Shown here: positions 24,999 through 35,108 of the stretch, one piece after another | Numbering within the stretch: the stretch's first letter is position 1 | Layout of the letters: the number at the start of each line of letters is the position of its first letter | Source: a virus | Taxonomy: Duplodnaviria; Caudoviricetes | IMG/VR virus record: IMGVR_UViG_3300007541_000045 | Coordinates: 1-42,113 of that record | Direction: 5' to 3' (one strand) | Length of the DNA stretch: 42,113 nt | The notes under the pieces: model-generated | What the model saw: only the letters and a program-made list of their open reading frames with translations | The model's database searches: none | What the model was told of the DNA's origin: nothing | Program-made: the position numbers and the translations under genes

Positions 24999-27641
24999 TT
25001 ATAAACAAGTTCCAAGATCTGGAGCATTCCTGACTCCTGGCTCCAGCCACGTGTCATCTGGAGTTGAACCACCGGCGTATATGGCTTCATCATCCGGGAG
25101 ATTTTCAAAGTCAGAAATGTAGGTCGTGTACCACGCAGTGTAGCCTGACGATCTGTCCTTGATTGACTTTACATCGGCAAGCGATGGGGCGGAGCTGACC
25201 CATCGAACGCCGATCTGCCCACCATCTGTTGCGCCATTCAGCAGATCTAAATCCGTCGGAAGCAAGGTCGAGGAGCTCAAATAACAACCGACCGTTGACT
25301 CCCTGTTTGGATTCTGCGCTATTCCATCAACCTGCCCGATGTCGGCCGCGCAATTTGCCGTCAAATGCGACTGGCATCTTTGAGTCCAGAAGTTGTTTGA
25401 CATTCTTACAACGTCCGATTTTCCGTTTGTTAGTGTCGGGAAAACACTGGAGCCGGAAATTTGAGCTCCTTGGAAGTAGTTGTTATGGAATCTGCTTGTA
25501 AGTCTAAAGGGCTGCGACGATGACGACATCAATAGCTGGCCGGGCGTGAACGATGTACTCAGAGACACATGAGTATTTGAGGCGACCAGATATCGGAAAT
25601 TTGGAAACAGATCTTCCGATGACCAGAACGCATCTTGATCATGGTTGTACACGGTACCGAAATTTTGTGAATACCAGACAGCTGGCGTCAACGTCCGGTA
25701 GTTGGTCTCGATGAAAAGGTTGCCTTTCATCTCGAACCGATATGGTTGTTGATCTGTTCGGATCGTTCCTGAACCATATGTCGCGTGCTGCATCGTAACA
25801 CCTCTAGTGGTGTTGAACACTATGTTGCCACTGAACACCGCATTGTTGCATGTTCCCTGATAGAAGGAGACGCACTGGCCGTGTTCTGTCAGCGGGTTGC
25901 AGAAAAATGAATTTGTAACGACTGACGCAAGACCGTTTCCTTGCGTCGTTCCTTCCGGCAAACCATAAGACGAGTCCGGAGTTCCACTCATGTTGATGTT
26001 CGACGATTGATACGTCGGCCCGAACCAGCACTTATCAACAGTGAGACCAGGCGAGCCATATAACTGAGAGTAGAAAAACTGATCGAAGACCGATCTTTCT
26101 ACACGTCCTTGGACTCTAGAAATTGCGTTCTGTCCATAGGAAAATTCGCAATCAGAGATATGCACAAGCGCTCCAACTCTCGGCGAAGTTGATCGCAGCA
26201 TCTGGCGTCCACAGCGCATCGAGCAGTTGCTGAACTTGACATATTTGCTTCCGGAACTTAGATCGTCGAGAGTATCCGGATAAGCGTAGTTGTCCCCAAT
26301 CACGAAAAGTTCCGCAGAAGCAATCCCGAAAACGGAGCTGTTTACAGAGCGAACATCACGTGGTTTCCAGTACATCGTCTGTTCGTTCGGGAAATAGACG
26401 ATTTGTCCAGACTCAAGGTTAGCTGGTGGGCCGAAGATAGCGGCGTTCAAATATGAAGAGACGCTTGAAAACGTCAGCAAATTGAAGTCTTCTGAAAATA
26501 GAAACCTAATCTCATTCGGAGATGCTTCTTCGGTTACACTTTGAACTGGACACCAGAACACCCGATTGTCCGAGGATTGTACATTCAGCGAACAACCACG
26601 CGAATCCGATATAAGACCACCAACCTCATTGAAATTAAACGCCTGAAGAATGCCAGCGATGTCGCTTGGGTTCGTAAATACAACTCCGCCGACTGTTCTA
26701 TAAGTCAGTCTAACTTCCCAGTCAATTCCAATTCCGATTGATTCGACAAGACTACCGATTGAATCCGATGTGAAAGAAACGACGCTTCCATCTCGCGAAA
26801 AGCTAGTGTAGGTAACTTGCGCCGACGTAGACCCAGGGTTCAGGAATATTACCTTTCCGGAGTTTGTAAAATAATCAATAGCCTCATCAGTTGTTCCAAA
26901 TGTCATTTGGATAACCCAGCTTCCAGAGCTGCGAGAAGCACTAATTGAATTAAGTCCGATGTCGGATCCCTCTACAGTCTGCGTAACCGTTGCATCCCAA
27001 GAAGAATCTGGTACAATTGAGTTAGTGCTTAGATTGTAAGAAGATACAAAAGGATTTCCGCGATGGTCCATCAAATAACCGTCAAGCCTGCTGATATTGC
27101 TTGAAGTTGTAATTTCAACTCTTGTCACATTTCCTAAAGAGTAGTCGTCTACTGCAATATCATCATCAGCCCAAACAGTTCCGAACTCGATGTCTCGCTC
27201 ATTTGGCGGATAAATTATCTGTTTTGGAGCTTTCTCATACGAACACCACAAGAACGGAGGGTACTCAACGATAGATCCATTTGTCTTGAAATCACAACTG
27301 GCCCGATAGACTCCCGGTCCAAAAGTGTTTAATTCGTCTGCTAACCAGCTCGGCTGGAAGCCGCCGTAGAAATTGCCGTTTTCGATTGTGATCGTTTTGT
27401 CTGTTGGCAACACGATTGCAGAATCGTGGGAAATTGAAACTCCACCCCTATCTAGGGAGCTGATGTAGTTCTTTCCCTCCAGATCGATTGTTGATCCGTC
27501 TTCGGCAGAATCTATTGTGGATTGCAAGGAAGCAAGAGAGAAAAACTCAAGCTGCTCTTCTTGAATACTTCCGGACGCAATTGTCACTGATGAACCATTG
27601 AACCGAAAGCTTGCCGCGTTCGTGCCTTTTGCGATTCTCAT
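24999..27641 (-). CDS. Parallel beta-helix tailspike/depolymerase-like protein, 880 aa
   Basis: SLQSTIDSAEDGSTIDLEGKNY cap helix; xxNxF repeats (VTNSFF, FSGNIVFN, KGNLF, HNNYF); GATDGGQIG end; ATGA overlap with the upstream gene. Confidence 0.65.
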   Translation of the reverse strand: MRIAKGTNAASFRFNGSSVTIASGSIQEEQLEFFSLASLQSTIDSAEDGSTIDLEGKNYISSLDRGGVSISHDSAIVLPTDKTITIENGNFYGGFQPSWLADELNTFGPGVYRASCDFKTNGSIVEYPPFLWCSYEKAPKQIIYPPNERDIEFGTVWADDDIAVDDYSLGNVTRVEITTSSNISRLDGYLMDHRGNPFVSSYNLSTNSIVPDSSWDATVTQTVEGSDIGLNSISASRSSGSWVIQMTFGTTDEAIDYFTNSGKVIFLNPGSTSAQVTYTSFSRDGSVVSFTSDSIGSLVESIGIGIDWEVRLTYRTVGGVVFTNPSDIAGILQAFNFNEVGGLISDSRGCSLNVQSSDNRVFWCPVQSVTEEASPNEIRFLFSEDFNLLTFSSVSSYLNAAIFGPPANLESGQIVYFPNEQTMYWKPRDVRSVNSSVFGIASAELFVIGDNYAYPDTLDDLSSGSKYVKFSNCSMRCGRQMLRSTSPRVGALVHISDCEFSYGQNAISRVQGRVERSVFDQFFYSQLYGSPGLTVDKCWFGPTYQSSNINMSGTPDSSYGLPEGTTQGNGLASVVTNSFFCNPLTEHGQCVSFYQGTCNNAVFSGNIVFNTTRGVTMQHATYGSGTIRTDQQPYRFEMKGNLFIETNYRTLTPAVWYSQNFGTVYNHDQDAFWSSEDLFPNFRYLVASNTHVSLSTSFTPGQLLMSSSSQPFRLTSRFHNNYFQGAQISGSSVFPTLTNGKSDVVRMSNNFWTQRCQSHLTANCAADIGQVDGIAQNPNRESTVGCYLSSSTLLPTDLDLLNGATDGGQIGVRWVSSAPSLADVKSIKDRSSGYTAWYTTYISDFENLPDDEAIYAGGSTPDDTWLEPGVRNAPDLGTCL

Positions 27642-29512
27642 GATGTCGGCCCGTCATAAGCACGCCAGGACGAAGGATCGCCCGGGTCGCTTGCGTAAAA
27701 AATCATCGCGGCCGGAACGTCTATTGGGTTCTGGGGATCATTCCAGGGAATCGACAAACTATAGATGACAAAAGATTTGTACACTCCAGTTGTAATGATT
27801 GCTCCAACCTCCCAACCGAGAACGTCGTTCCAATATCCTACATAGGGAGCGACACTGCCCATCGTATCGGCATTAAAGTAGTAGCCATTGGCGGAGTTAG
27901 TCCATGGACCAGCTCCGCCGGTGCCCCTCGTGATCTCTTCTGGCTGGATCGGGTTCATAGCCGGAGTCTGACCAACGACCGACCACATCGTCCCATCGTA
28001 AAACGATAAGTCGATATCGTTTCCGTCGTTGACCGACCCATAGATACGGCCAACGACGGTAGCCGCCGTGTCCCAGTCAGCAGCCGCAGCCGCCACGGTA
28101 CCAAAGTCAATCATAGCAGTATCGTCCGGGCTAACTCCATTGCTAGCCGTCACGACACAGGTCAGAGCTTCTCCACCGGAGAGCCCAGAGGTATCAAACG
28201 TAGCCTGATCAGTACCTGAGTCAACAGCATCTACCTTCCATTGATAGGAAATGGTAGGAGCCGGAGTACCAGTAGCACTGGCAGTAATCGAGGCTGTATC
28301 CCCTACGGTAAGACTGTCCGCAGTTTGATCACCACTAGCAGTTAGCGTAGGTGCTACACCACCTTCAAGAGACGTAGTGAGCCCATCCAACAGAGGAATC
28401 TCTCGCGACCAAGCATAGGTCAGCGAATAAGACTGCCCCTCGGGGACTCCGCCAATCGTAGGAATGGCGTAAGCAAAGCCACCGATCTCCACGGGAGCAC
28501 CGGCAGTAGATTCGCCTGAGATCTCCAGAGCAAGGGTAAGGTCATTGACCGCATCCTTGTAGATAACGTTACTTACGATTGAGCTAACAGTGTACTCTGT
28601 CTTTGATAGACTAATTGACTTTGGTGAAGTACCATTATCAAGGAAAAGAACCTCATCATCAACTTTTGTACATACATTAGTTACTGGTGCAGTAAAATCT
28701 GAAGCTTGGATAGTTTTATTAGCACTACTATAAGAACCTCCACCAAAATACCAAGCTTCAGCATCTGCAGCTGTATTAAAGTTTAAACTAAGAGTAGTAC
28801 CATTACCTGTGATTGATGTTAACCCAAGCTCATCGTATAAAACATGTCCCGCGCTAAGCGTTTCTCCCAAAAAGATACCATCGCCTGGTCCTGCATCTGT
28901 AATAACATAATCTGGATCAATGTATGCCGCTACTACACCATCTAATAGGACAGCACGCATAGCGGAGTTTTCTGCGAAGGTGCCATAAGCACCAATAAAA
29001 GTATCTGTTTGCGAGCCACCAGCTACTGCAATAATTCTATTACCTTCGATTACAGCACTAGCTACTCCATTGACTCCCCAAGTAACTTGACCATCAATAG
29101 AGTTCTGGTAGGCAAAATAAGGCTCACCAGCAAAGTCAAGTGCAGTATAATCAATTAGATCTAGTGTGCCTGCAATCTCCGTAACAGGATCACCAACAGT
29201 GGCGAGTGTTAGGATGTTAACATCAGGATCAATGGTAGATCCACGAGAAAGCATATCGGTAATAGCTGCCTCAGCTCCCTCTAGGTCTCCGTCACGATGG
29301 AGAATACAACCGACCAAAGCACCAATAGCAGCTGCTTGGGTGGGGTATTGTCCTACGAGGACAGACTGGTTAATGGTAAGAGTCCATACAGCCCGGTCCT
29401 GTGTTTCAATAATCTTGAAGGATCGTACATACTTAAACTTAGGGTTATTGATATGAACAATCCTTGCATAGTCTAGGTCTGCTGTGTAACCAGCAATACT
29501 AACTGTTGCCAT
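27638..29512 (-). CDS. Multidomain Ig-like virion protein, 624 aa
   Basis: VGDTASITASATGTPAPTISYQWK...LTCVVTASNGV Ig domain; SD AAGGAG; C-terminal domain paralogous to that of 23336-24367. Confidence 0.7.
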   Translation of the reverse strand: MATVSIAGYTADLDYARIVHINNPKFKYVRSFKIIETQDRAVWTLTINQSVLVGQYPTQAAAIGALVGCILHRDGDLEGAEAAITDMLSRGSTIDPDVNILTLATVGDPVTEIAGTLDLIDYTALDFAGEPYFAYQNSIDGQVTWGVNGVASAVIEGNRIIAVAGGSQTDTFIGAYGTFAENSAMRAVLLDGVVAAYIDPDYVITDAGPGDGIFLGETLSAGHVLYDELGLTSITGNGTTLSLNFNTAADAEAWYFGGGSYSSANKTIQASDFTAPVTNVCTKVDDEVLFLDNGTSPKSISLSKTEYTVSSIVSNVIYKDAVNDLTLALEISGESTAGAPVEIGGFAYAIPTIGGVPEGQSYSLTYAWSREIPLLDGLTTSLEGGVAPTLTASGDQTADSLTVGDTASITASATGTPAPTISYQWKVDAVDSGTDQATFDTSGLSGGEALTCVVTASNGVSPDDTAMIDFGTVAAAAADWDTAATVVGRIYGSVNDGNDIDLSFYDGTMWSVVGQTPAMNPIQPEEITRGTGGAGPWTNSANGYYFNADTMGSVAPYVGYWNDVLGWEVGAIITTGVYKSFVIYSLSIPWNDPQNPIDVPAAMIFYASDPGDPSSWRAYDGPTS

Positions 29513-29533
29513 AAGGATCTCCTTAATATAAAT

Positions 29534-29572
29534 AAAAGAAAGCCTAGCCCCTTCCGGTAGGAAAGAGCCAGG
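29534..29572 (-). terminator. Intrinsic terminator
   Basis: CCUGGCUCUUUCC-UACC-GGAAGGGGCUAGG followed by a U-rich tail. Confidence 0.75.
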
Positions 29573-29580
29573 AGAATAAG

Positions 29581-29676
29581 TTACTTAGAAATAGTTTTAA
29601 TAAGAGTCACGGATGAAGGCTGCTTGCCTTTTCCCTTGCTCTTCTTTTTGATAACAATAAACTGAATCTTAGGCAT
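29581..29676 (-). CDS. Small basic peptide, 31 aa (not in ORF track)
   Basis: MPKIQFIVIKKKSKGKGKQPSSVTLIKTISK; TAATG coupling to the tail fibre stop; ends just before the terminator. Confidence 0.5.
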   Translation of the reverse strand: MPKIQFIVIKKKSKGKGKQPSSVTLIKTISK

Positions 29677-31319
29677 TAGCGTACCTCTGTAATGGTAGCA
29701 TAAACATCATTAAATACAACTTTTGCTCTGAGATCACTATTAAACGCGGGCAGAGTTAAACGGAAGGTAAGTACATCACCTGCTTGTACAGAAATAGTAT
29801 TGAAATAGGATACAGTTTGAATTGCTTCTGATAAATTAATTAATCGATCTGAGGTCGGATCTGGCCTATCTTGATATATATCATCCCATTCTGCACGATA
29901 GGAATATGCCTTGACGCCTTGAGCACTACTTCCCTTAAACACTAGACCATAACCACGTGCTTCACTTCTGTATTCACCAGTACTAGCATAAGAAAGTACT
30001 GGACCATCATTAGAAATAAACCAAGATAAAGAAGTTACCAGTGTCATATCCCTTGGAGCGGTCCATTGTCCAGTAGCTGTTGAAAAATCACTACTTCCAG
30101 TGCCTCCAATACTTGTACTAGAGTAATCAGAAGTTTTACCTACAATAGTCTCAATAATTGATGTAGTGGATGGAGTTTTAGTTGCACTATCTCCAGAATT
30201 AATAGTAACAAAATATGGCTGATTAGTGATGTAGTCATGTACACTTGTACCTTGAATAGTTACGTCTCCGGCAGTGACAACAACATTTCCAATAGGAATG
30301 TTTAATTCACCGGATAAGATATCAATATCTCCAGTAGTAACCTCAAGCCCTCCAGACGAAACAGTTACATCACCAGACGAAACAGTAAGATCACCAGAAG
30401 TAATACCAATACCACCAGCGGTAATCGTCGCACCGTTTGCAAGAACTGTTGGGCCTGGGTTTGTGGGTTGTGTAATGTTTTGTGTTTTATTCTGAAGAGT
30501 CGAAATAGAAGAATCTAAAGTACTGAGCTTTGTACTCAGTTTATTTGTACCAGCCTTACCATCACGAACATCATCATAGGTAACAAATTCCCAAGCAGTA
30601 TCGTTACCAGTATTTGGATTTACATATAGTACTGCTTTTCCATCATCAGTAGGACTAAACCCAGCCGTTGATGGAACAAGACTACCGGCATCTGCGCCAG
30701 CAGTAACGACTGATCCATTCCAAGAAAGAATACCATTGGTGTTTAAGGTTACATCACTGAGATCAGTAATACTGCTGTTAGTAAGATCAACGCCACTAAC
30801 AATACCGCCAGCTGAAACACCAAAAGCTGTAAGCTCCTGAAGAGCATTGAATAACTGAGCACTAGAGAGGTTTAGGTTCTCAGCCGTTAGGCGACTGCCA
30901 GGCTGAAAGACTACTAGCTGCGAAGTAATGTCAGTAGCTCGTCGAATCTGGAGATTCTGAGAGCCGCTAATAGTTACCGTGTTTGGGTAAAAGTAAGTTG
31001 TTCCACTTTCTACAGTAACCTCAGCATTTGCAATTGATCCAGTATTAAGCGTAATTGTCTTAGCTTCAGCATCAATTGTATACTGAACATCAGGTACAAG
31101 AGTCTTAATGGTAGCCTGAGCATTATCGCTTAGATCTTCAACAGAAAAAGCAACACCTTGATTATCTGCAAGTGAATAGACGGTATCAACATCCCAACGA
31201 ACCTCAATTTGGCTTTGGTCTGTTAGGTTATTAATAAGTGAAAGCTGTGCGTAAGAGTAGGTCGCGGAGGACTCAGTATACTGCACAAGAAGCGTAGCTT
31301 CGGAATCGTTCTGGGGCAT
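29676..31319 (-). CDS. gp17: Tail fibre protein (T7 gp17-like N-terminal adaptor), 547 aa
   Basis: IRRATD...VVFQPGSRLTAENLNLSSAQLFNALQE matches the T7 fibre anchor; GDLTVSSGDVTVSSGG repeats; C1q-like C-terminus (FSTATGQWTAP...VQAGDVL). Confidence 0.85.
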   Translation of the reverse strand: MPQNDSEATLLVQYTESSATYSYAQLSLINNLTDQSQIEVRWDVDTVYSLADNQGVAFSVEDLSDNAQATIKTLVPDVQYTIDAEAKTITLNTGSIANAEVTVESGTTYFYPNTVTISGSQNLQIRRATDITSQLVVFQPGSRLTAENLNLSSAQLFNALQELTAFGVSAGGIVSGVDLTNSSITDLSDVTLNTNGILSWNGSVVTAGADAGSLVPSTAGFSPTDDGKAVLYVNPNTGNDTAWEFVTYDDVRDGKAGTNKLSTKLSTLDSSISTLQNKTQNITQPTNPGPTVLANGATITAGGIGITSGDLTVSSGDVTVSSGGLEVTTGDIDILSGELNIPIGNVVVTAGDVTIQGTSVHDYITNQPYFVTINSGDSATKTPSTTSIIETIVGKTSDYSSTSIGGTGSSDFSTATGQWTAPRDMTLVTSLSWFISNDGPVLSYASTGEYRSEARGYGLVFKGSSAQGVKAYSYRAEWDDIYQDRPDPTSDRLINLSEAIQTVSYFNTISVQAGDVLTFRLTLPAFNSDLRAKVVFNDVYATITEVR

Positions 31320-31344
31320 AGAGTAGCCTCCTTATAACTAAAGT

Positions 31345-31383
31345 AAGAAAAAGCCCCCGACCGCTTGTCAGCGATCGAGAGCC
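31345..31383 (-). terminator. Intrinsic terminator
   Basis: GGCUCUCGAUCGCU-GACA-AGCGGUCGGGGGCU followed by UUUUCUU. Confidence 0.75.
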
Positions 31384-31433
31384 AGAGAAAGGAGAACACT
31401 TAGAGGATACTAAGTAAGTTAACTTAAGCTTAC

Positions 31434-34382
31434 TTAGAGAACGCCAGAGTAAGTTGCTTTGAACTTACCCTTGACTTGTAGATTAGTAAGGTTAACTGGA
31501 GTAAAGTAATCAGAGAGAATAAAGATCTCAATCTTGTCACTAAAGCCCATGATCTTACTAACTAGTTCCCCTTGGTATTCAATATTACTGATCGAAAGAT
31601 TAGAATCTGCAAATGTGTCAGACTGCGGAGCAGCAAATGAAGTAGTAAAGTTACTTAGGAGTGGATCCCTGCTTTCATAAGCTGCCTGAATGTCATCCAC
31701 GGGACGACCACGACGCTGAACAACAACGTCATAGTTGCCAGTATTGTAGTGCCGTGTAAGTAGTGAGGCAATGTTAAAAATACCTTCCCGAGGATTGTTT
31801 TGCTCATTCCTAAGAAATTGTGTACTCATTTGGATTAGCATAGTAAAGCTACGGCCAATCCAATAGTCACCACTAGTTACATCGCCTACAACAGTAATGT
31901 CTGTATAAGCCGCAGCAGGAGTAATGCTCGTAATGTTATACGATACTCCAGCGGTATCCACAAAGTCATACTGCTTGTTTGCATCCAAGACATATGGAAT
32001 GCGAACTGTTGTTTCTACGTCTGCCACAGAGTAGTGACAGTTGAAGGCAGTAGCATCAAAGATTGGGTTGTTTACATCCGTTCCATCTAGAGGACCACTC
32101 TTTGGATACATTGTAATCTTCTGCTTTCGATCAAGCCGTGGGATATCAATATCATCGTAGCGAAGATGTTGACGCTCAATATGATAGACAGAGTCTCGCT
32201 CTACAACCATATAAGCATAGTTTTCCCATGCCTTGATCGACTTAACAGCAGCATCTTCGTAGTTAAACTTATAGAATGCATTCTGAACAATCTCATTTCC
32301 ACGGTACCGAGTAGTGTAAAGATATACATCAGACTCGTTGTTACCGTCTACTGCCATGATAGTATCCTGAGCAGCAGCCACAGCTGTAGCTCCATACACT
32401 GTCGGCAGATACTTAGGACAATGCGCGGATAGTTCTTGAGCAGTAGATAGACTACCACCTCGGCCTAGATAGAGATATAGTCTCTCAGCATCATAGAAGA
32501 AGATGTGATTACCTAGAGTCAAGGGATCTACCAGAGGAGCCGTTGAATAGAATGTCATTGGCTGTAGCTCTGCTGTAAACGGAGTAATCTGATTCTCCGA
32601 TCCCATGAGCTCGTACTGAGTATCAGCATCAGTATTCACAAACATATAATCCTTAAATGGTACCATAGAGGTAATAGGAGTATAGCGGTTTGTGGATGCA
32701 GCGATATCAATAGGATCAGTATCTACAATGATACCCGGATCTTCAATCCATAGGTTGGTGTAGTTGTTCTCTTGGCTAGAGAAGATTACATCTCCCGAGG
32801 ATAGCCATAGGCGGTTACGGAAGAATGCAATGGTAGAAAGCTTAGCTTGCTTTCCGTCCTTGAAGGGTGTTGGGCCGGGGTTAGTTTCCTTATCACCTGA
32901 GGTACGCTCAGCCCATTCGAGCTTAGACCATTCCCATTGAGTAAAGACACTATCACCACCAACAAACTCTAGCTGCATTGGCATACGCTTATCATCTAGC
33001 AAAGAATACTCATCAGGAGTACGGACCTTCATCATGTGAGGAGCCGTAACACTCTTAGCAATGTAGTATCCAGGAGCTTGGCCCTGATAGCTAGTCTGAA
33101 TATAGTAAACCTTACCTTCAGCTGAGTTGTATTGCAGTGTTGAGATATCATCCCAAGTACCATCGGCAGGACTTGTATCCTCACCAATCTCTAAACCATA
33201 AAGCTGATTCAGCATGATCTGAGCATTGTTGTTCCCGTAGAGAACATCGCTCTCCAAAGGAGGAAGCCTAAGATCATTGAAGGTTGATAGTGATTGTCCA
33301 AGCTGAGGCTTAGAAGAGTCTGGGTATTCCCAGTCCTTCACAGGAACCTGTACAGGCTCACGCTCAAGATCCAATGGTGGGTCAGGAGTGGTATCAGTTA
33401 AAACATCAGGATTAACAACATAATCATAATCCGACGCAATTAGACTAAAATGCGTAGCGTGATGAATATGCTCATCAGGAACAAGGGTGCTAGAAACAAC
33501 ACTGAGAATATTATAAGCATTGTTTGATACGAAGTCTAAAGTTGTACCGTGAGCACCATGCCCACCATTCCAATCTTGGGTACCCGGAAGATAAAGCAAC
33601 GTAGTACCAGCAACATAGGTAGAATAAGGATCCCAGATAGTAGCAATACCCTGAGGATCTACCTTGATTGCGGATAGGTACTCTTCCTTGGCTCCTTTGG
33701 TATCAATGATGTAGGCAGTTCCAGAAGATAATCCATCGCCATCAACCTGACCATTAAGCCCAAGCTTAACCCAAACTTCAGTAGCTTCACTGAACTGTTG
33801 GGTTTGGTCGGTATATGGATCATAATACCAGTCAGTATCTGTTACAGCAATCTTCTTACTGGTATACCCAGCATAGACATCTGGGTTTAGGAAGATGAGG
33901 TTCTGCCCACGAGTTACCAGCTTCAAAGGAGAAGCGCCGTAGGTAATGTAGGCACGAACGTCTGCATCAATAGTTGACTGCTCTGATGGGGTATGATCTT
34001 CAAAGTAATCTAAAGTCTGATTGAAGTAATAGACATAATACAGAAGGTCTGCACTGTCACTTGCTCCACGGTCTACGACAAAAAGGTATCTAGCCGCATC
34101 CGATAGTGAATGCCAAAAGAACTCATAGGAACCACTGCCAACAAGTCCAAGAGACTCGGCAGTCCAAGTATCAAGAGGAGCATCCTCAAAGCTTCCACGG
34201 ATCGGCATGAGGTCCGTACCGGGTCGCTTTTCAATTGATCGTTCAACACTACAAAGAGTGTTAATGAGTTCCTGAGACTCGCTAGGCAATCGCTTCGACG
34301 GAGCTTGACGACCCACGCCGCCAGACAGAGAATAGATCGGAATGTTAGTTGTGAGAGTCTTGCCTCGTCGTCGGTTATTCAT
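31434..34382 (-). CDS. gp12: Tail tubular protein B (nozzle, gp12-like), 982 aa
   Basis: LSGGVGRQAPSKR...EKRPGT; W-RTSGDKETNPGPTPF...FFRNRLWL; DTDPIDI; follows gp11. Confidence 0.93.
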   Translation of the reverse strand: MNNRRRGKTLTTNIPIYSLSGGVGRQAPSKRLPSESQELINTLCSVERSIEKRPGTDLMPIRGSFEDAPLDTWTAESLGLVGSGSYEFFWHSLSDAARYLFVVDRGASDSADLLYYVYYFNQTLDYFEDHTPSEQSTIDADVRAYITYGASPLKLVTRGQNLIFLNPDVYAGYTSKKIAVTDTDWYYDPYTDQTQQFSEATEVWVKLGLNGQVDGDGLSSGTAYIIDTKGAKEEYLSAIKVDPQGIATIWDPYSTYVAGTTLLYLPGTQDWNGGHGAHGTTLDFVSNNAYNILSVVSSTLVPDEHIHHATHFSLIASDYDYVVNPDVLTDTTPDPPLDLEREPVQVPVKDWEYPDSSKPQLGQSLSTFNDLRLPPLESDVLYGNNNAQIMLNQLYGLEIGEDTSPADGTWDDISTLQYNSAEGKVYYIQTSYQGQAPGYYIAKSVTAPHMMKVRTPDEYSLLDDKRMPMQLEFVGGDSVFTQWEWSKLEWAERTSGDKETNPGPTPFKDGKQAKLSTIAFFRNRLWLSSGDVIFSSQENNYTNLWIEDPGIIVDTDPIDIAASTNRYTPITSMVPFKDYMFVNTDADTQYELMGSENQITPFTAELQPMTFYSTAPLVDPLTLGNHIFFYDAERLYLYLGRGGSLSTAQELSAHCPKYLPTVYGATAVAAAQDTIMAVDGNNESDVYLYTTRYRGNEIVQNAFYKFNYEDAAVKSIKAWENYAYMVVERDSVYHIERQHLRYDDIDIPRLDRKQKITMYPKSGPLDGTDVNNPIFDATAFNCHYSVADVETTVRIPYVLDANKQYDFVDTAGVSYNITSITPAAAYTDITVVGDVTSGDYWIGRSFTMLIQMSTQFLRNEQNNPREGIFNIASLLTRHYNTGNYDVVVQRRGRPVDDIQAAYESRDPLLSNFTTSFAAPQSDTFADSNLSISNIEYQGELVSKIMGFSDKIEIFILSDYFTPVNLTNLQVKGKFKATYSGVL

Positions 34383-35044
34383 TAGCTAGTCCTCCCTCGC
34401 CAAGAGCGGAAGTTAGGATTACCGCCAGATTGACGGAATACGGCACGCTTCTTCTTGTAGTCAGCAGCATCCCAAATAGTACGTCCCTTGCTATCCATGT
34501 CACGGGACTTACCAATTGAGTTATAGATCATTTCATCCTGCTGTAGATAAGCATCCATACCCTCATCACCCTGCGTAAGCATTTGGTATCGACGAGCTGC
34601 CGAGGCAGTAATCGCACGCTGGCCGGGAGTATCAATATCTTCCCAGTCAAGCTTGACAATCAAGGAAGCCTTGATGTCGTAGGTAGAATAGTCAGACCAA
34701 TTACTAGTCTGGTCGGTTACATTCCAAAGAATAAAACCTGACCCTTCAGTCTTAACAGCTACACGAATAGTGTACCCGTCTGAGTTGGTAATAAAAGTAC
34801 CAAAGTCTAGGCTCATGATGTTAGAGGGTAGGTGGATCTTGCCACTTACATCGTCAATCGTGAGAGTCTTTACAAATACGTTATTAGCCAGCCCTCGGAG
34901 CTGGTAGTCATCAGTATATTGATCAAGCAAGTATTCTGCAATGCTTGTATCAACTCCTGATTGGTTTTCCAGATCCGAGACAATGGCTTCTCCAGCTGCC
35001 AAGAGGCACTGGTTTACGGCATCAAGCCTAGTCAGTTGTCCCAT
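34382..35044 (-). CDS. gp11: Tail tubular protein A (gp11-like)
   Basis: TRLDAVNQCLLAAGEAIVSDL...LDWEDID...ITASAARRYQ. Confidence 0.93.
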   Translation of the reverse strand: MGQLTRLDAVNQCLLAAGEAIVSDLENQSGVDTSIAEYLLDQYTDDYQLRGLANNVFVKTLTIDDVSGKIHLPSNIMSLDFGTFITNSDGYTIRVAVKTEGSGFILWNVTDQTSNWSDYSTYDIKASLIVKLDWEDIDTPGQRAITASAARRYQMLTQGDEGMDAYLQQDEMIYNSIGKSRDMDSKGRTIWDAADYKKKRAVFRQSGGNPNFRSWRGRTS

Positions 35045-35070
35045 AGTGAAACTCCTATGTTAGGATTAAT

Positions 35071-35108
35071 AGAAAAGACCCCCGATGCCCGTTAGGGCAC
35101 CGAGGGCC
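35071..35108 (-). terminator. T-phi-like terminator after the capsid gene
   Basis: GGCCCUCGGUGCCC-UAAC-GGGCAUCGGGGGUC followed by UUUUCU. Confidence 0.8.

Noticed and set aside
19051-31319. DGR or invertase-type tail-fibre variation system
   Set aside because: No reverse transcriptase, recombinase, TR/VR pair or inverted cassette is visible.
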